This document shows positions 37,974 to 47,461 of a stretch of 64,000 nucleotides of DNA, piece by piece; within the stretch, counting starts at the first letter, position 1; each line of letters opens with the position of its first letter. A program made the position numbers and the translations under genes. A model generated the notes under the pieces. The model worked only from the letters and a program-made list of their open reading frames with translations, searched no databases and was not told where the DNA came from. The stretch covers positions 96,001 to 160,000 of the forward strand of contig JAVZZH010000001.1 of NCBI GenBank assembly GCA_038885755.1, written 5' to 3'. The DNA is from Candidatus Caldarchaeum sp. (GTDB lineage Archaea > Thermoproteota > Nitrososphaeria_A > Caldarchaeales > Caldarchaeaceae).

Positions 37974-39045
37974 GGAATACTTCCTCAACCCTGAGGACAT
38001 CCGCATCAAGCTGATAGGCGTCGGAGGAGCAGGCTGCAACACAGTAAACCGACTCGTCTCCGCCGGGATGACGGGAGTTTACACAGTGGCCGCAAACACA
38101 GACCTACAGCACCTCGACATGGTGAGGTCTGACAGAAAACTGCTGCTCGGAAAAACCGTGACTAGGCTACGTGGAGCTGGAGGAGACCCGGCTAGGGGTC
38201 GGAAAGCGGCCGAGGAGTCTGAGGAAGAGATAAGAAGGGCCCTAGAGGGCTCCGACATAGTCTTCATAGCCGCCGGCCTGGGAGGAGGAACGGGAACTGG
38301 AGGAGCGCCTGTGATTGCAAGGGTCGCTAGGGAGGAGGGAGCAACCGTCGTCGGAGTGGTCTCGCTGCCCTTCGCCTTCGAGGGACAGGTGAGGAAGAGG
38401 ATAGCCATGCAGGGTCTCGAAGAGCTGAAGAAATACACGAACACGTCGGTCGTCATCGACAACAACAAGCTTCTAGACCTCTATCCACAGCACGGTCTAA
38501 GAAGAGCCTTCAGCTTAGCCGACGAGGTGATCAGCAACATGATTCAGAGCATAACCGAGTCCATAGCCAAGCCCGGTCTGATAAACATAGACTACGAAGA
38601 CTTCAAAACAATCGTCTCGAGGGGCAAGCTGGCGTCGCTGGGCATAGGCAGGTCCTCGTCGGCCAACAAAGCCGAGGAAGCCACCTTCAACGCCCTCCAG
38701 ACCCCGCTCCTCGACGCAACCTACGAAGGCCTGTCGGGAGCCATCGTCCACGTCTGCGGCGGCGAGGACATGCAGCTGGCTGAAGCCGCGAGACCAGCCG
38801 AGATCGTGTCAGAGCTTATGGGAGAAGACGGCCTAGTCATCTGGGGAGCCAGGATCGACGACTCGTACAGCTCGACGATGCAGGTCTCACTGATACTCAC
38901 AGGCCTGTCTTCGGCGGAGCAGGTGGTCGAGATCAACGAGATAACACCCACCATAATTGACCAGAAAATAGCAGAGGAGTCCAGCGAGGAAGTCGACAAG
39001 ATCCTCGAACAGCTCGGCATAAAGCCCGTGGCATCCTACCATTAA
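37966..39045 (+). CDS. ftsZ: Cell division GTPase FtsZ
   Basis: GVGGAGCN, NTD, GAGGDP, GLGGGTGTG, PF..EG, T7 loop INIDYED. Confidence 0.95.
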   Translation: MSEEYFLNPEDIRIKLIGVGGAGCNTVNRLVSAGMTGVYTVAANTDLQHLDMVRSDRKLLLGKTVTRLRGAGGDPARGRKAAEESEEEIRRALEGSDIVFIAAGLGGGTGTGGAPVIARVAREEGATVVGVVSLPFAFEGQVRKRIAMQGLEELKKYTNTSVVIDNNKLLDLYPQHGLRRAFSLADEVISNMIQSITESIAKPGLINIDYEDFKTIVSRGKLASLGIGRSSSANKAEEATFNALQTPLLDATYEGLSGAIVHVCGGEDMQLAEAARPAEIVSELMGEDGLVIWGARIDDSYSSTMQVSLILTGLSSAEQVVEINEITPTIIDQKIAEESSEEVDKILEQLGIKPVASYH

Positions 39046-39056
39046 GCAAATATCCA

Positions 39057-39072
39057 TCCTTTTTTATTTTTA
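39057..39072 (+). terminator. Oligo-T archaeal terminator-like tract after ftsZ
   Basis: T-rich tract (TTTTTATTTTT) about 15 nt after the stop codon. Confidence 0.4.
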
Positions 39073-39077
39073 GCTCG

Positions 39078-39851
39078 TTGAAGAGAATAGTGGAGCAGAG
39101 CACTATCGGTTTAATCTTTTCCAGAAGGTCTATCAGGAGATTCCGCAAAACCGAGATGGATGAGGATACTCTATCGGTGATTGTTGAGGCCGGGCAGGCG
39201 GCGCCAGCCTACCTTCAGGCATACTCAATAATATGGGTTAGGGATGAAAAAACCGTCGAAGAACTCTCCAGAGTATGCGAGTCCGAGGTTGTCAAGCAAG
39301 CCTCGGCCGTCCTACTGGTCTGCCTGGATTTCAACAGGCTCTCAACCCTGCTGCAGAACATCACCAACGAGCATTTTCTAAAGCTCGACTCATATCCGGC
39401 CGAGGTGTTGCTCAGCGTTTTCGAAACAGGCCTTGTTGTCATGAATATGATAACTGCTTCAGAGGCTTATGGGTACGGCTCTCTACTCCTCGACTGCGGG
39501 CTGTTCGAGTGCGAGAAGCTGGTTGAGCTTTTCAAGCTGCCTCACGGAGTAGTTCCGCTTGCCATACTCCTCATCGGCGAGAAGGACGAGAACCCTCCCA
39601 GAAGACCTCGGTGGGGGTTGAAGAACATCCTCCACGTCGACAGCTACAAGCCCGCCGACCAAGACGATGTCATCGAGTATCTGTCAACAGCTGAAAAAAC
39701 ACTATCGTCTGAAGGATACCTCATGAAGTACGCTAACTTCGCAGGCAGCTACGTCGAATACCTAGCTGAGAGGCTCAGGGCTTCGAAGGATGTTAAACAA
39801 TCCTACGAACAGCTTTCAGCCTTCCTCAGAAAAAGAGGCCTGAAGGTCTAG
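39078..39851 (+). CDS. Nitroreductase family protein
   Basis: RRSIRRF, AGQAAP, RRPR. Confidence 0.85.
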   Translation: MKRIVEQSTIGLIFSRRSIRRFRKTEMDEDTLSVIVEAGQAAPAYLQAYSIIWVRDEKTVEELSRVCESEVVKQASAVLLVCLDFNRLSTLLQNITNEHFLKLDSYPAEVLLSVFETGLVVMNMITASEAYGYGSLLLDCGLFECEKLVELFKLPHGVVPLAILLIGEKDENPPRRPRWGLKNILHVDSYKPADQDDVIEYLSTAEKTLSSEGYLMKYANFAGSYVEYLAERLRASKDVKQSYEQLSAFLRKRGLKV

Positions 39852-39896
39852 CCCGTCCTTACAGTCTTAAATTCTCCCCCTCAACCATAGCCGTGG

Positions 39897-40958
39897 ATGA
39901 GCTTAGAGGAGGAAGTTGTCGCTATCCTCAACCAGTACGCCTCCTACGTGGAAAAGGCTGTCGAGAACCATGTGCCGAGAGTTTTCGAGGAAGATTACTT
40001 ACAGTATGAGTATGGAGCTTCCCGTTTCCGCTACCATCCCGCCTCTCTCACCGAAGGGTTGTCCAAGCCTTTCTGGGAGCTGTTCAGCCGTGGGGGGAAA
40101 CGATGGAGACCAGCCCTGACCGTCCTCACCTACGAGGCTTTGGGAGGAGAGGCTGGAGAGATCGTATACGCTGCAGCTGTGCCCGAGATTATCCACAACG
40201 CCACGCTGATGGTCGACGATGTGGAGGACTCCAGCCTGATGCGGAGGGGGAAGCCCTGCATCCACCACATCTACGGTGTCGACATAGCTGTGAACGCAGG
40301 CAACGCCCTCTACTACCTCCCAATCTACCTCCTTACGAAGAGAGTCGATGAGCGTAAAGCATGCCAGCTGTTGAGAAAATACGTCGAGATGATGGTAAGG
40401 CTCAGCCTAGGCCAGACCATGGACATAGTATGGCACAGAGGGCTTTTTGACGACATTACGGAGGCGAACTATCTGCAGATGGCTTCCTTCAAGACGGGAG
40501 CTCTGTCGAGGTTCTCCGTGGAAATAGCATGCATCTATGCGGGGAGGTATGATTTGATCGAGGTTGTTGGGGATTTCGGCGAAGCCGTGGGAACGGCTTT
40601 CCAGATACAGGACGACTACCTGAACATCTTCGGCGAGGAGGAGAGGTACAGGAAGGAGATCGGCGGGGACATCACTGAGGGTAAGTATACTTTGATGACC
40701 GTTTACGCACTACGACACCTGCCGGCTGACAAAAGCAGAAGGCTTCGAGAAATACTGGCGTCCCACACAACCGACAAGGCGAGGATCCAAGAAGCCATAC
40801 AGCTGATCAAGGAGTCTGGCGCAGGCGAGCTAGCTAAATCAACTTCGAGAAGTCTCGTCGAGAAGGCTTGGACGAGAATCAACAACATCCTGCCGGAGTC
40901 GGAGGCCAAGGCCATGCTCGGAAAGCTTGTCAGGTTCCTCGTAGACCGGACGCTGTAA
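39897..40958 (+). CDS. Geranylgeranyl diphosphate synthase (polyprenyl synthetase)
   Basis: GGKRWRP, DDVED..RRG, GQ.MD, KTG, FQIQDD. Confidence 0.93.
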   Translation: MSLEEEVVAILNQYASYVEKAVENHVPRVFEEDYLQYEYGASRFRYHPASLTEGLSKPFWELFSRGGKRWRPALTVLTYEALGGEAGEIVYAAAVPEIIHNATLMVDDVEDSSLMRRGKPCIHHIYGVDIAVNAGNALYYLPIYLLTKRVDERKACQLLRKYVEMMVRLSLGQTMDIVWHRGLFDDITEANYLQMASFKTGALSRFSVEIACIYAGRYDLIEVVGDFGEAVGTAFQIQDDYLNIFGEEERYRKEIGGDITEGKYTLMTVYALRHLPADKSRRLREILASHTTDKARIQEAIQLIKESGAGELAKSTSRSLVEKAWTRINNILPESEAKAMLGKLVRFLVDRTL

Positions 40959-40992
40959 AAACCTTATCAAACCCCTTTCACCAGTATAATCC

Positions 40993-41484
40993 ATGTCCTC
41001 GATGAAGCTTGAAGTCGTCGACGTGAAGATCCCTGAGGGCTGCAACGTTGTTTTCGGAGTCTCTCATTTCATCAAGACCGTTGAAGACCTGTATGAAGCC
41101 GTGGTCAACACCGTTCCCGGAGCCAAGTTTGGGCTTGCTTTCATGGAGGCGAGCGGGCCCTGCTTAGTGCGCCACGAAGGCACAGACCAAGAATTGAGGA
41201 AGCATGCCGCCGAAACCATGCTCAAAATCGGATGCGGCCACACATTCATACTGTTCATCAAAGGCTTCTACCCCATCAACATCATGCAGAGGCTTAAGGA
41301 CGTTCCAGAAGTATGCACGATACTAGCTGCGACAGCCAACCCTCTTCAGATAATCGTCGTCGAGACAGAGCAGGGACGTGGAGTGCTAGGAGTCGTCGAC
41401 GGCCACAAGCCAAAAGGAGTAGAGGACGAGAAACACATCGAGGAGAGGAAACAATTCCTCCGCAAGATAGGATACAAACTCTAA
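40993..41484 (+). CDS. Adenosine-specific kinase family (DUF355)
   Basis: [36 protein letters not shown]. Confidence 0.9.
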   Translation: MSSMKLEVVDVKIPEGCNVVFGVSHFIKTVEDLYEAVVNTVPGAKFGLAFMEASGPCLVRHEGTDQELRKHAAETMLKIGCGHTFILFIKGFYPINIMQRLKDVPEVCTILAATANPLQIIVVETEQGRGVLGVVDGHKPKGVEDEKHIEERKQFLRKIGYKL

Positions 41485-41500
41485 AAAATCAAGAACTCCA

Positions 41501-42028
41501 TCACAACATTTTTCTCAACCTCTTGACGAAGCTGCGGTACATCCTTGGGTTGTCGAAAACCCATGAATTGACTCCGTTGATCCTGACCGGCTCAGTCTCA
41601 AGCACCTCGATAACCTCCTCACGGGGAAAAACTCTGACGTAATGCTTAGGGTTTTTGATGAGCAGGATGCGTCGGTATTCGACTTCGTGCAGATGAGTCA
41701 CGGGTGTGCCCGGCTCCTTTTCAACCATCTGGATATATCGCTGGATGTCGTCTAGGTTGATGGAATTCTGTTTTCCCCGTCTTTTCCATTCGTCGACGCA
41801 TGCGTGGAAGAAGCCGACGACGTCGTCGATGTACGGCTTACCATCGTTGAAGTAGAGCAGGACAATTGGATGAGAAAGCCACCCCCTCAAACCATCCCGT
41901 ATTAGGCCGAGCTTCCGGAAAAAGGCGTTGAGAACCTGCTTCGCCTCGACACGCTGCTTGCCCAGCCTCAGGTCGTCGAGGACTGACGCAGACCTCGCCC
42001 AATCAACGTACGGCCGGAAGACCTGCAT
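41501..42028 (-). CDS. Pyrimidine dimer DNA glycosylase / T4 endonuclease V-like protein
   Basis: MQVFRP, LDDLRLGKQRVEAKQ, HP, EWKRRG, H...L..KNP..Y. Confidence 0.8.
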   Translation of the reverse strand: MQVFRPYVDWARSASVLDDLRLGKQRVEAKQVLNAFFRKLGLIRDGLRGWLSHPIVLLYFNDGKPYIDDVVGFFHACVDEWKRRGKQNSINLDDIQRYIQMVEKEPGTPVTHLHEVEYRRILLIKNPKHYVRVFPREEVIEVLETEPVRINGVNSWVFDNPRMYRSFVKRLRKML

Positions 42029-42053
42029 CGATCCGGTCGTTGGCCGCTGGAAT

Positions 42054-42926
42054 TTAAGCTAGCGGCGGGAAAAAGGGAATGATTTTATGGTTGACCAGCC
42101 CCAGCCAGAGCGTTCCCCCTAGCGTGGTGTTGATGTATGGCAGAAGCCAGTAGACACGGTTGATGTCTCTTTTGAAGAGAAGCACGGACAGCGGCACCGC
42201 TGGGTAGATGAGTGTGAGGATGCTGAGTGGATGGTAGTTGGTGAGTGTTATGGCGAGGTAGACGAGGCCCGTCCAGAAGACCGCGACGAGGATGAGGGCG
42301 GGTGTTCTTCCGATGACTACAGGTGTTGTCTTGATGCCGACGCTGCGGTCGTATTCGATGTCTGGGACGGCTGAGAAGATATGCATCGCCGCTATGTGGA
42401 GGAATCCGGCCAGCAGGATAGGGGCTGCGGGCAGAGTGCCCGAAGCTATGTAGTGGCCGAACACTCCCGGCATGATGTAGAGGTAGTTGGAGGCGAAGTC
42501 GATGAAGGGCTTGCTTTTGAAGCGGAGAGGCGGGGCGCTGTAGAAAACTGCGAGGAAGAGGAATCCTCCGAACAGCAGACGGGCCACGCTGTCCTGAGTA
42601 AGCATTAATAGCAGGCTCAGCACGAGGATGAAAATCAGCAGCCGTCCCAGTCTACGCCTCTCACCTCCCAATACACGGACTTCCTTCGAATCCTTCTTCG
42701 GGTTCAGCAAATCGGTTTCCGTGTCGAAGTAGTCGTTGATTCCGTAGATCAGTATGTTAGCGGGTATGAAGAAATAGAGCAGGTAGACATAGTACTCGAG
42801 TTTGAGAAAGTCGTTGAAACCGGAAGCTCCGAGGGTGTATCCTACGACGTACGGGCCGGCTGCGTAGATCCAGAACCTAAACCGGGAAATCTTCAGAATG
42901 TTTTTGACGGACTGGGTTAGAACCAC
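42054..42926 (-). CDS. UbiA-family prenyltransferase, lycopene elongase (LyeJ/CrtEb)-like
   Basis: SR..FW.Y..GP, YGINDYFD..TD..NPKK, YSAPPLRFK, SAVPDI..DR; lies in the crt operon. Confidence 0.8.
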   Translation of the reverse strand: MVLTQSVKNILKISRFRFWIYAAGPYVVGYTLGASGFNDFLKLEYYVYLLYFFIPANILIYGINDYFDTETDLLNPKKDSKEVRVLGGERRRLGRLLIFILVLSLLLMLTQDSVARLLFGGFLFLAVFYSAPPLRFKSKPFIDFASNYLYIMPGVFGHYIASGTLPAAPILLAGFLHIAAMHIFSAVPDIEYDRSVGIKTTPVVIGRTPALILVAVFWTGLVYLAITLTNYHPLSILTLIYPAVPLSVLLFKRDINRVYWLLPYINTTLGGTLWLGLVNHKIIPFFPPLA

Positions 42927-43801
42927 GGCAGTCCACCGAGGGGAAACTTGAATCGAATGGTTCGGATGAAGTTGAAGTTGGCGTTGAAAATGATGCGGGT
43001 TTTATTCGGCTTGACTTTGTGGAGGAAGACGATTGACGGAGTTCTGTAGATTGTTTTCGCGGTCCACTTGTACATGTCAGCTGCGGTTTTGATCGGGATT
43101 AGGTAGCGGTAGGGGATGTATCTGTATCCCTTTTCAGCGATCTTCTGCCATTCGAGGTATCTGAGGATTTGACGGCGGATGAAGCTATGAAACGACCGGG
43201 TCTTCGGGCAGATGATGTAAGGGTCAAAGCCCTCGATTCCATATTCCCTTAACTCCTGTAGGGGCAGGTACTGTCTACCGAGGATGAAGTCCTCACGGAT
43301 GTCGCGGATGAAGTTGATGTACTGCATGGCTCTGCCAAGATAACGTGCGTAGATGTATGATTCCTCGCTGAGGCCGAGTATCTTAGCCATGAAGAGTCCA
43401 ACTACTTCTGCGGAGCCATACATGTATTTGCAGAGTTCGTCGATTGTTTCGTAGGTTTTATGATAGAGGTCAGACTGCATCGCGTCTAGGAAGGCTTCAA
43501 CCCACGCTGGCTCGAATTTCTTCTCGTTTGACAGGGCGACGAACTCCCGGACAACTACGTCGGATGTTGGGTAGCCGTTGACGGCTTTTTCGTATTCTTC
43601 GCGGAATTGGAAGAACCCGTCCACGTCTTGGGGCATGACGTCGACGAAGTTGTCAGCTTTACGGAGGAAAGCATAGAGGCGGAAAACCTCGGCCCTCACC
43701 TGCGGTGGGAAGAAGAGCGTGCTGTTGAAGTAAGTCATGCTGCCGCGTTTAAACAACTTGTAGACCTCCGGCTCCACTTCAACGGTTTTATTGAACAGCA
43801 T
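42917..43801 (-). CDS. crtB: Phytoene synthase
   Basis: LYAFLRKADNFVD, YMYGSAEVVG, QYINFIRDIRED. Confidence 0.92.
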   Translation of the reverse strand: MLFNKTVEVEPEVYKLFKRGSMTYFNSTLFFPPQVRAEVFRLYAFLRKADNFVDVMPQDVDGFFQFREEYEKAVNGYPTSDVVVREFVALSNEKKFEPAWVEAFLDAMQSDLYHKTYETIDELCKYMYGSAEVVGLFMAKILGLSEESYIYARYLGRAMQYINFIRDIREDFILGRQYLPLQELREYGIEGFDPYIICPKTRSFHSFIRRQILRYLEWQKIAEKGYRYIPYRYLIPIKTAADMYKWTAKTIYRTPSIVFLHKVKPNKTRIIFNANFNFIRTIRFKFPLGGLPWF

Positions 43802-45271
43802 TTACATCAACTCCCTCTTGATTTTGTCGCGTATTATGTGGGCTGATATGAGGACCATGGGGAGGCCGATGCCTGGATGTGTGTACTGGCCAGTGTAGTA
43901 GAGGTTTTTGACTCTGCGGCTTCTGTGGCGAGGACGCCAGAACGCAGTCTGTCTAAGGGTGTGAGCGAGGCCGAGGGCCGACCCCTTGTAGGAGCTGTAC
44001 CTCCCTGTGAAATCCCTCACGCTGAAAAACTGTTTAAAGACGATGGCGTCATATACTTTCTCGCCTGTTTTGTATTCGAAGTCCCTGACTATGACGTTGA
44101 ACAGTTTTTCACGCTTCCGGTCGTCGTCCGCCAGTCCAGACGCAACGGGGATGAGGAAGAACACGGCTTCACCGCCTGGGGGCGCGGCGGTTCTGTCGGT
44201 CTTCGAAGGGACGTGCACGTAGTATGAGGCGTATTCGGGCCATTCACGGCGGCTGGGGTTGAAGACCTGCTGGAAGTTTTCGCCCCAGTCTTTTTCGAGG
44301 AAGACGTTGTGATGGACCGCGTTGTCGAGCTTTCGGTCCAGACCTACGTAGGCGATGAGGGCCGACGGCGTGAACAATTTTCTGTCCCAGTAGCCGGCGT
44401 CGTACGTGCGGTATTTGGGGTCGAGGAGGTTTGTCTCCACGTATGCGTAGTCAGCGTTGATGACAAATGCGTCTGCTCTAATGGATTTTCCGTCGGCGAC
44501 TACCCGAGTGGCCAAGCCGTTCTCCACCTCGATTTTACTGACCTCGTGGTCGAGCAAAAATTCAACACCCTGCGACTTGGCCAAGCTATACACCGCCTCG
44601 ACAGCCTGCCTGATTCCTCTTTCCGGGAAGTAGACGCCTTGAGCGATTTTAACGTAGTTGAGGATGGTGTAGAAAGATGGTGCTTTGGCTGGCGGCGTTC
44701 CCACAAACCCCACGGAGTAGAGAAGAATCTTGTGGGCCTTGTCGCTGCTGAACCACTTCTTGACGTATGCTTCAACGGATTCAAGTATGTTGATTTTCAT
44801 GCCCTGAGAGAGAATTTCCCACTTGAGGAAGCTGAAAGGTGAATCGAGGTCGAGGTACAGGGTTTTCATTATGCTTCTGTAGAGCTTTTCGCATTTTGCG
44901 AGATATCGGCGGAGTTTCTCGCCGCCGTTGGGTTCGAGTCTGTCGAAGAGTTGGATGTTTTCATCCATTCTGGGCGTGATTTCCGCGGTTTGCCCGTCGT
45001 CGAAGAAGACGCGGAAGCTTGGGTCGAGTTTTATTAGGGTGTAGAAGTCCGACGTCTTCTTCCCGAACTCGCTGAAATACCGGTCGAAAACCTCTGGCAT
45101 CAAATACCACGTCGGGCCCGTGTCGAAGACGAAGCCGTCTCGGCTGAAGACGCCGGCTCGGCCGCCCACGTTCCCGTTCTTCTCGACCACTACAACTTCA
45201 TGCCCATCCTTCGCCAGTAATGCAGCGGCCGCAAGCCCGCCGAACCCAGCACCGACAACGGCTATCCTCAT
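43802..45271 (-). CDS. crtI: Phytoene desaturase / carotenoid desaturase
   Basis: GAGFGGL, GGRA, FDTGPTWYLMP, LAHTLRQT, HPGIGLPM; start moved to ATG 45271. Confidence 0.9.
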   Translation of the reverse strand: MRIAVVGAGFGGLAAAALLAKDGHEVVVVEKNGNVGGRAGVFSRDGFVFDTGPTWYLMPEVFDRYFSEFGKKTSDFYTLIKLDPSFRVFFDDGQTAEITPRMDENIQLFDRLEPNGGEKLRRYLAKCEKLYRSIMKTLYLDLDSPFSFLKWEILSQGMKINILESVEAYVKKWFSSDKAHKILLYSVGFVGTPPAKAPSFYTILNYVKIAQGVYFPERGIRQAVEAVYSLAKSQGVEFLLDHEVSKIEVENGLATRVVADGKSIRADAFVINADYAYVETNLLDPKYRTYDAGYWDRKLFTPSALIAYVGLDRKLDNAVHHNVFLEKDWGENFQQVFNPSRREWPEYASYYVHVPSKTDRTAAPPGGEAVFFLIPVASGLADDDRKREKLFNVIVRDFEYKTGEKVYDAIVFKQFFSVRDFTGRYSSYKGSALGLAHTLRQTAFWRPRHRSRRVKNLYYTGQYTHPGIGLPMVLISAHIIRDKIKRELM

Positions 45272-45429
45272 CCTAACCGCTGGAAAAATGTTTTTAATAT
45301 AACCCTTTGCCAGCAACAATCAATTCAGAACGGGTATTGTCATCACAGATCAGAAATACCCGCTCTCATCACGGTGATGGTTGCAGCCGGTTGTTTTTAA
45401 GGATGCTGCCGGCTGATGCGAAGAACTTG

Positions 45430-45790
45430 CCGTAAACGTGGTCAGCTCTGATGCTTTGTGGAGGGAGGTTGGGCAGCATGTTCCAGACGAGGGGGTGCGC
45501 GGTGCGCCGACGACGGAGGCGCCGGCGGCTGCGTTGTTTCACCGGTCAAGCAGAGGTATCCGGGACATGCTGGTTGGAGCTTGCTGCGGCATGTAGAACC
45601 GGTGCTTACGCAGGGAGGTTCGTTTGTGTGGGCTGATACTAACCTGTGCGACCCTTAGTTCGTGGATGCACGGACAGCTTCTTCAACCCGCTGCTCGAAC
45701 CCGGAGGAAGCACAGGAGGGAGAAACTACGAACACAACAGCCGTAAGCGCCTTCGAAGCTTCCCAACCGGCTCCGAGCGTCATGCCGTGC
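45430..45790 (+). pseudogene. Frameshifted remnant of a UbiD-family decarboxylase C-terminal region
   Basis: Fragments in different frames: ALWREV..VPD, VKQRYPGHA, AACRTGAYAGRFV, WA....CDP. Confidence 0.55.
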
Positions 45791-45870
45791 GTATAATAAA
45801 TTTGTGGAGTTGTTTGTCGAAGACCGGGATGTTCGGTAAACTCTATTAGCGTGGCGGCGGGCTTCCCGCC

Positions 45871-46332
45871 ATGGTTAGAGAGGGAGAAAAAGCTCCGGAC
45901 TTCTCCTTGCCGTCGACGCGCGGCGACGTGGTGCAGCTCGAGAAGCTGAGGGGGCGTAGGGTTGTTCTGCTGTTCTACCCCAAGGACGGGTCGCCTGGAT
46001 GCACTCGTGAAAACTGCTTGTTGAGGGACATGCTGCCGGAGTTCGAGAAGCACGGAGCCGTGGTCCTGGGCATAAGCCGGGACAGCTTGGACAGTCATAA
46101 AAAGTTCTCTGAGAAGCACAACCTTACTCACCTTCTTCTAAGCGACGTCGACGGAGATGTTTCTAGGAGATACGGGGCTCTGGGCCTTCTCGGGATGAGT
46201 AAGAGGAAGACCTTCGTGGTCGACGAGAACGGGGTGGTTTTGAAGGTTGTGGAGGGGTTGATGCCCGACAAGCACGTGAGGGAAGCTCTGAAAACGCTCA
46301 AGGAGATGGGGCCGCTTAAAACAAGTATATAG
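45871..46332 (+). CDS. bcp: Peroxiredoxin (BCP type)
   Basis: FYPKDGSPGCTRENC, LLSD, R.TFVVD. Confidence 0.92.
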   Translation: MVREGEKAPDFSLPSTRGDVVQLEKLRGRRVVLLFYPKDGSPGCTRENCLLRDMLPEFEKHGAVVLGISRDSLDSHKKFSEKHNLTHLLLSDVDGDVSRRYGALGLLGMSKRKTFVVDENGVVLKVVEGLMPDKHVREALKTLKEMGPLKTSI

Positions 46333-46387
46333 GTTTTTCCGAAGCTAGGCCACCTCAAAACTAAATAACCAACCACTCCAGCTAACT

Positions 46388-46699
46388 TTGGTGTCTCACA
46401 AGAGGATGCCAGAGAGGCAGGACCTCGTCCTATCGAAGCTAGTTCTGGATGTCCTGAAGCCGCACAAGCCCGACATGGTTAACTTCGCCCAAGCCCTCAC
46501 AAGCCTCAAGGGAGTCTCGAAAGTCGAGGTCTCCATAATCGAGGTTGACGCAGACACCGAAACAGTCAAGCTCACGGTGGAGGGGCACTCGATAAACTAC
46601 GACGACGTCGCCGACGCAGTGAAGCAGCTGGGTGCAGCCGTACACAGCATCGACCAAGTGACGTTCGCGTCAACAACGCACGAGACGCAGAAAAAATAG
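46388..46699 (+). CDS. DUF211 family protein
   Basis: LVLDVLKPH and G.AVHSIDQV. Confidence 0.85.
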   Translation: MVSHKRMPERQDLVLSKLVLDVLKPHKPDMVNFAQALTSLKGVSKVEVSIIEVDADTETVKLTVEGHSINYDDVADAVKQLGAAVHSIDQVTFASTTHETQKK

Positions 46700-46814
46700 C
46701 AAGACCGTATCAGAGAGCTGAACACGATGAACTCTGCAAAAACACGAGATATTTAAATGTTGAAAACCGACTCGGCGAAAAGTAGATAAAACCAGGAAAA
46801 CAACCATTGAGTGT

Positions 46815-46887
46815 AGCCCCGTCGTCTAGCGGCCAAGGATGCAGGGCTTTGGACCCTGCGACGTGGGTTCAAATCCCACCGGGGCTA
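46815..46887 (+). tRNA. tRNA-Gln(TTG), intronless
   Basis: Acceptor AGCCCCG/CGGGGCT with the A1-U72 pair typical of archaeal tRNA-Gln; anticodon arm CAGGG-CTTTGGA-CCCTG; T arm GTGGG-TTCAAAT-CCCAC. Confidence 0.96.
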
Positions 46888-47194
46888 AGAGAAACAGCAT
46901 GGCCTAAAACCCACCGAATACCTAGGTGTCTATGCACCCTGCTGGGGGGACTAATCTTTTCGGATAGGGCTACGCTAAGCCATGTTCCACCACTTGGAAA
47001 AGAAGAGCGGCTACCAGGGCCCTCTACAACGGGCCAGCAGCCGATCCCGAGTTTTATTGCGGCCGGAGCAATGATCTCAATCCTCTGCAGTCTTTTTCAC
47101 CACCACAGATGTATTAAGGTTTCAAAGCCTTCCCGTTCTGAAAATAGACCTATCACCCACCCACGTATAGCCAAGCACGTGTATCGCTAGCGGT

Positions 47195-47461
47195 ATGGTC
47201 TGGAGAACCCAGTATGACTGCGGACATGTTGACTATGGGCTACCGCTGGTTCGGGGTTTCCATAGACTCGTCGCAGTAACGGGACCGGCGGACATATGGC
47301 AGGTGGGCCTCCCCATCATAGTCTATGACCTTGTCTTCTGGCTGGCGTTATTGGTTGTGGGGAGCTGGTGGGGTGGGCTGAGTCTAGGAGAAAAGGATAA
47401 TTTCCATGCTGGTCTCTGCAACTGTGGTTGCCTGTGGCTCAGAAGCTGGGGATTAGGATAG
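47195..47461 (+). CDS. Small hypothetical membrane protein, possibly degraded
   Basis: HVDYGLPL..., one hydrophobic segment (YDLVFWLALLVV). Confidence 0.3.
   Translation: MVWRTQYDCGHVDYGLPLVRGFHRLVAVTGPADIWQVGLPIIVYDLVFWLALLVVGSWWGGLSLGEKDNFHAGLCNCGCLWLRSWGLG

Noticed and set aside
46807-47190. 127-aa ORF in the track
   Set aside because: It runs through tRNA-Gln and has no protein-like features.
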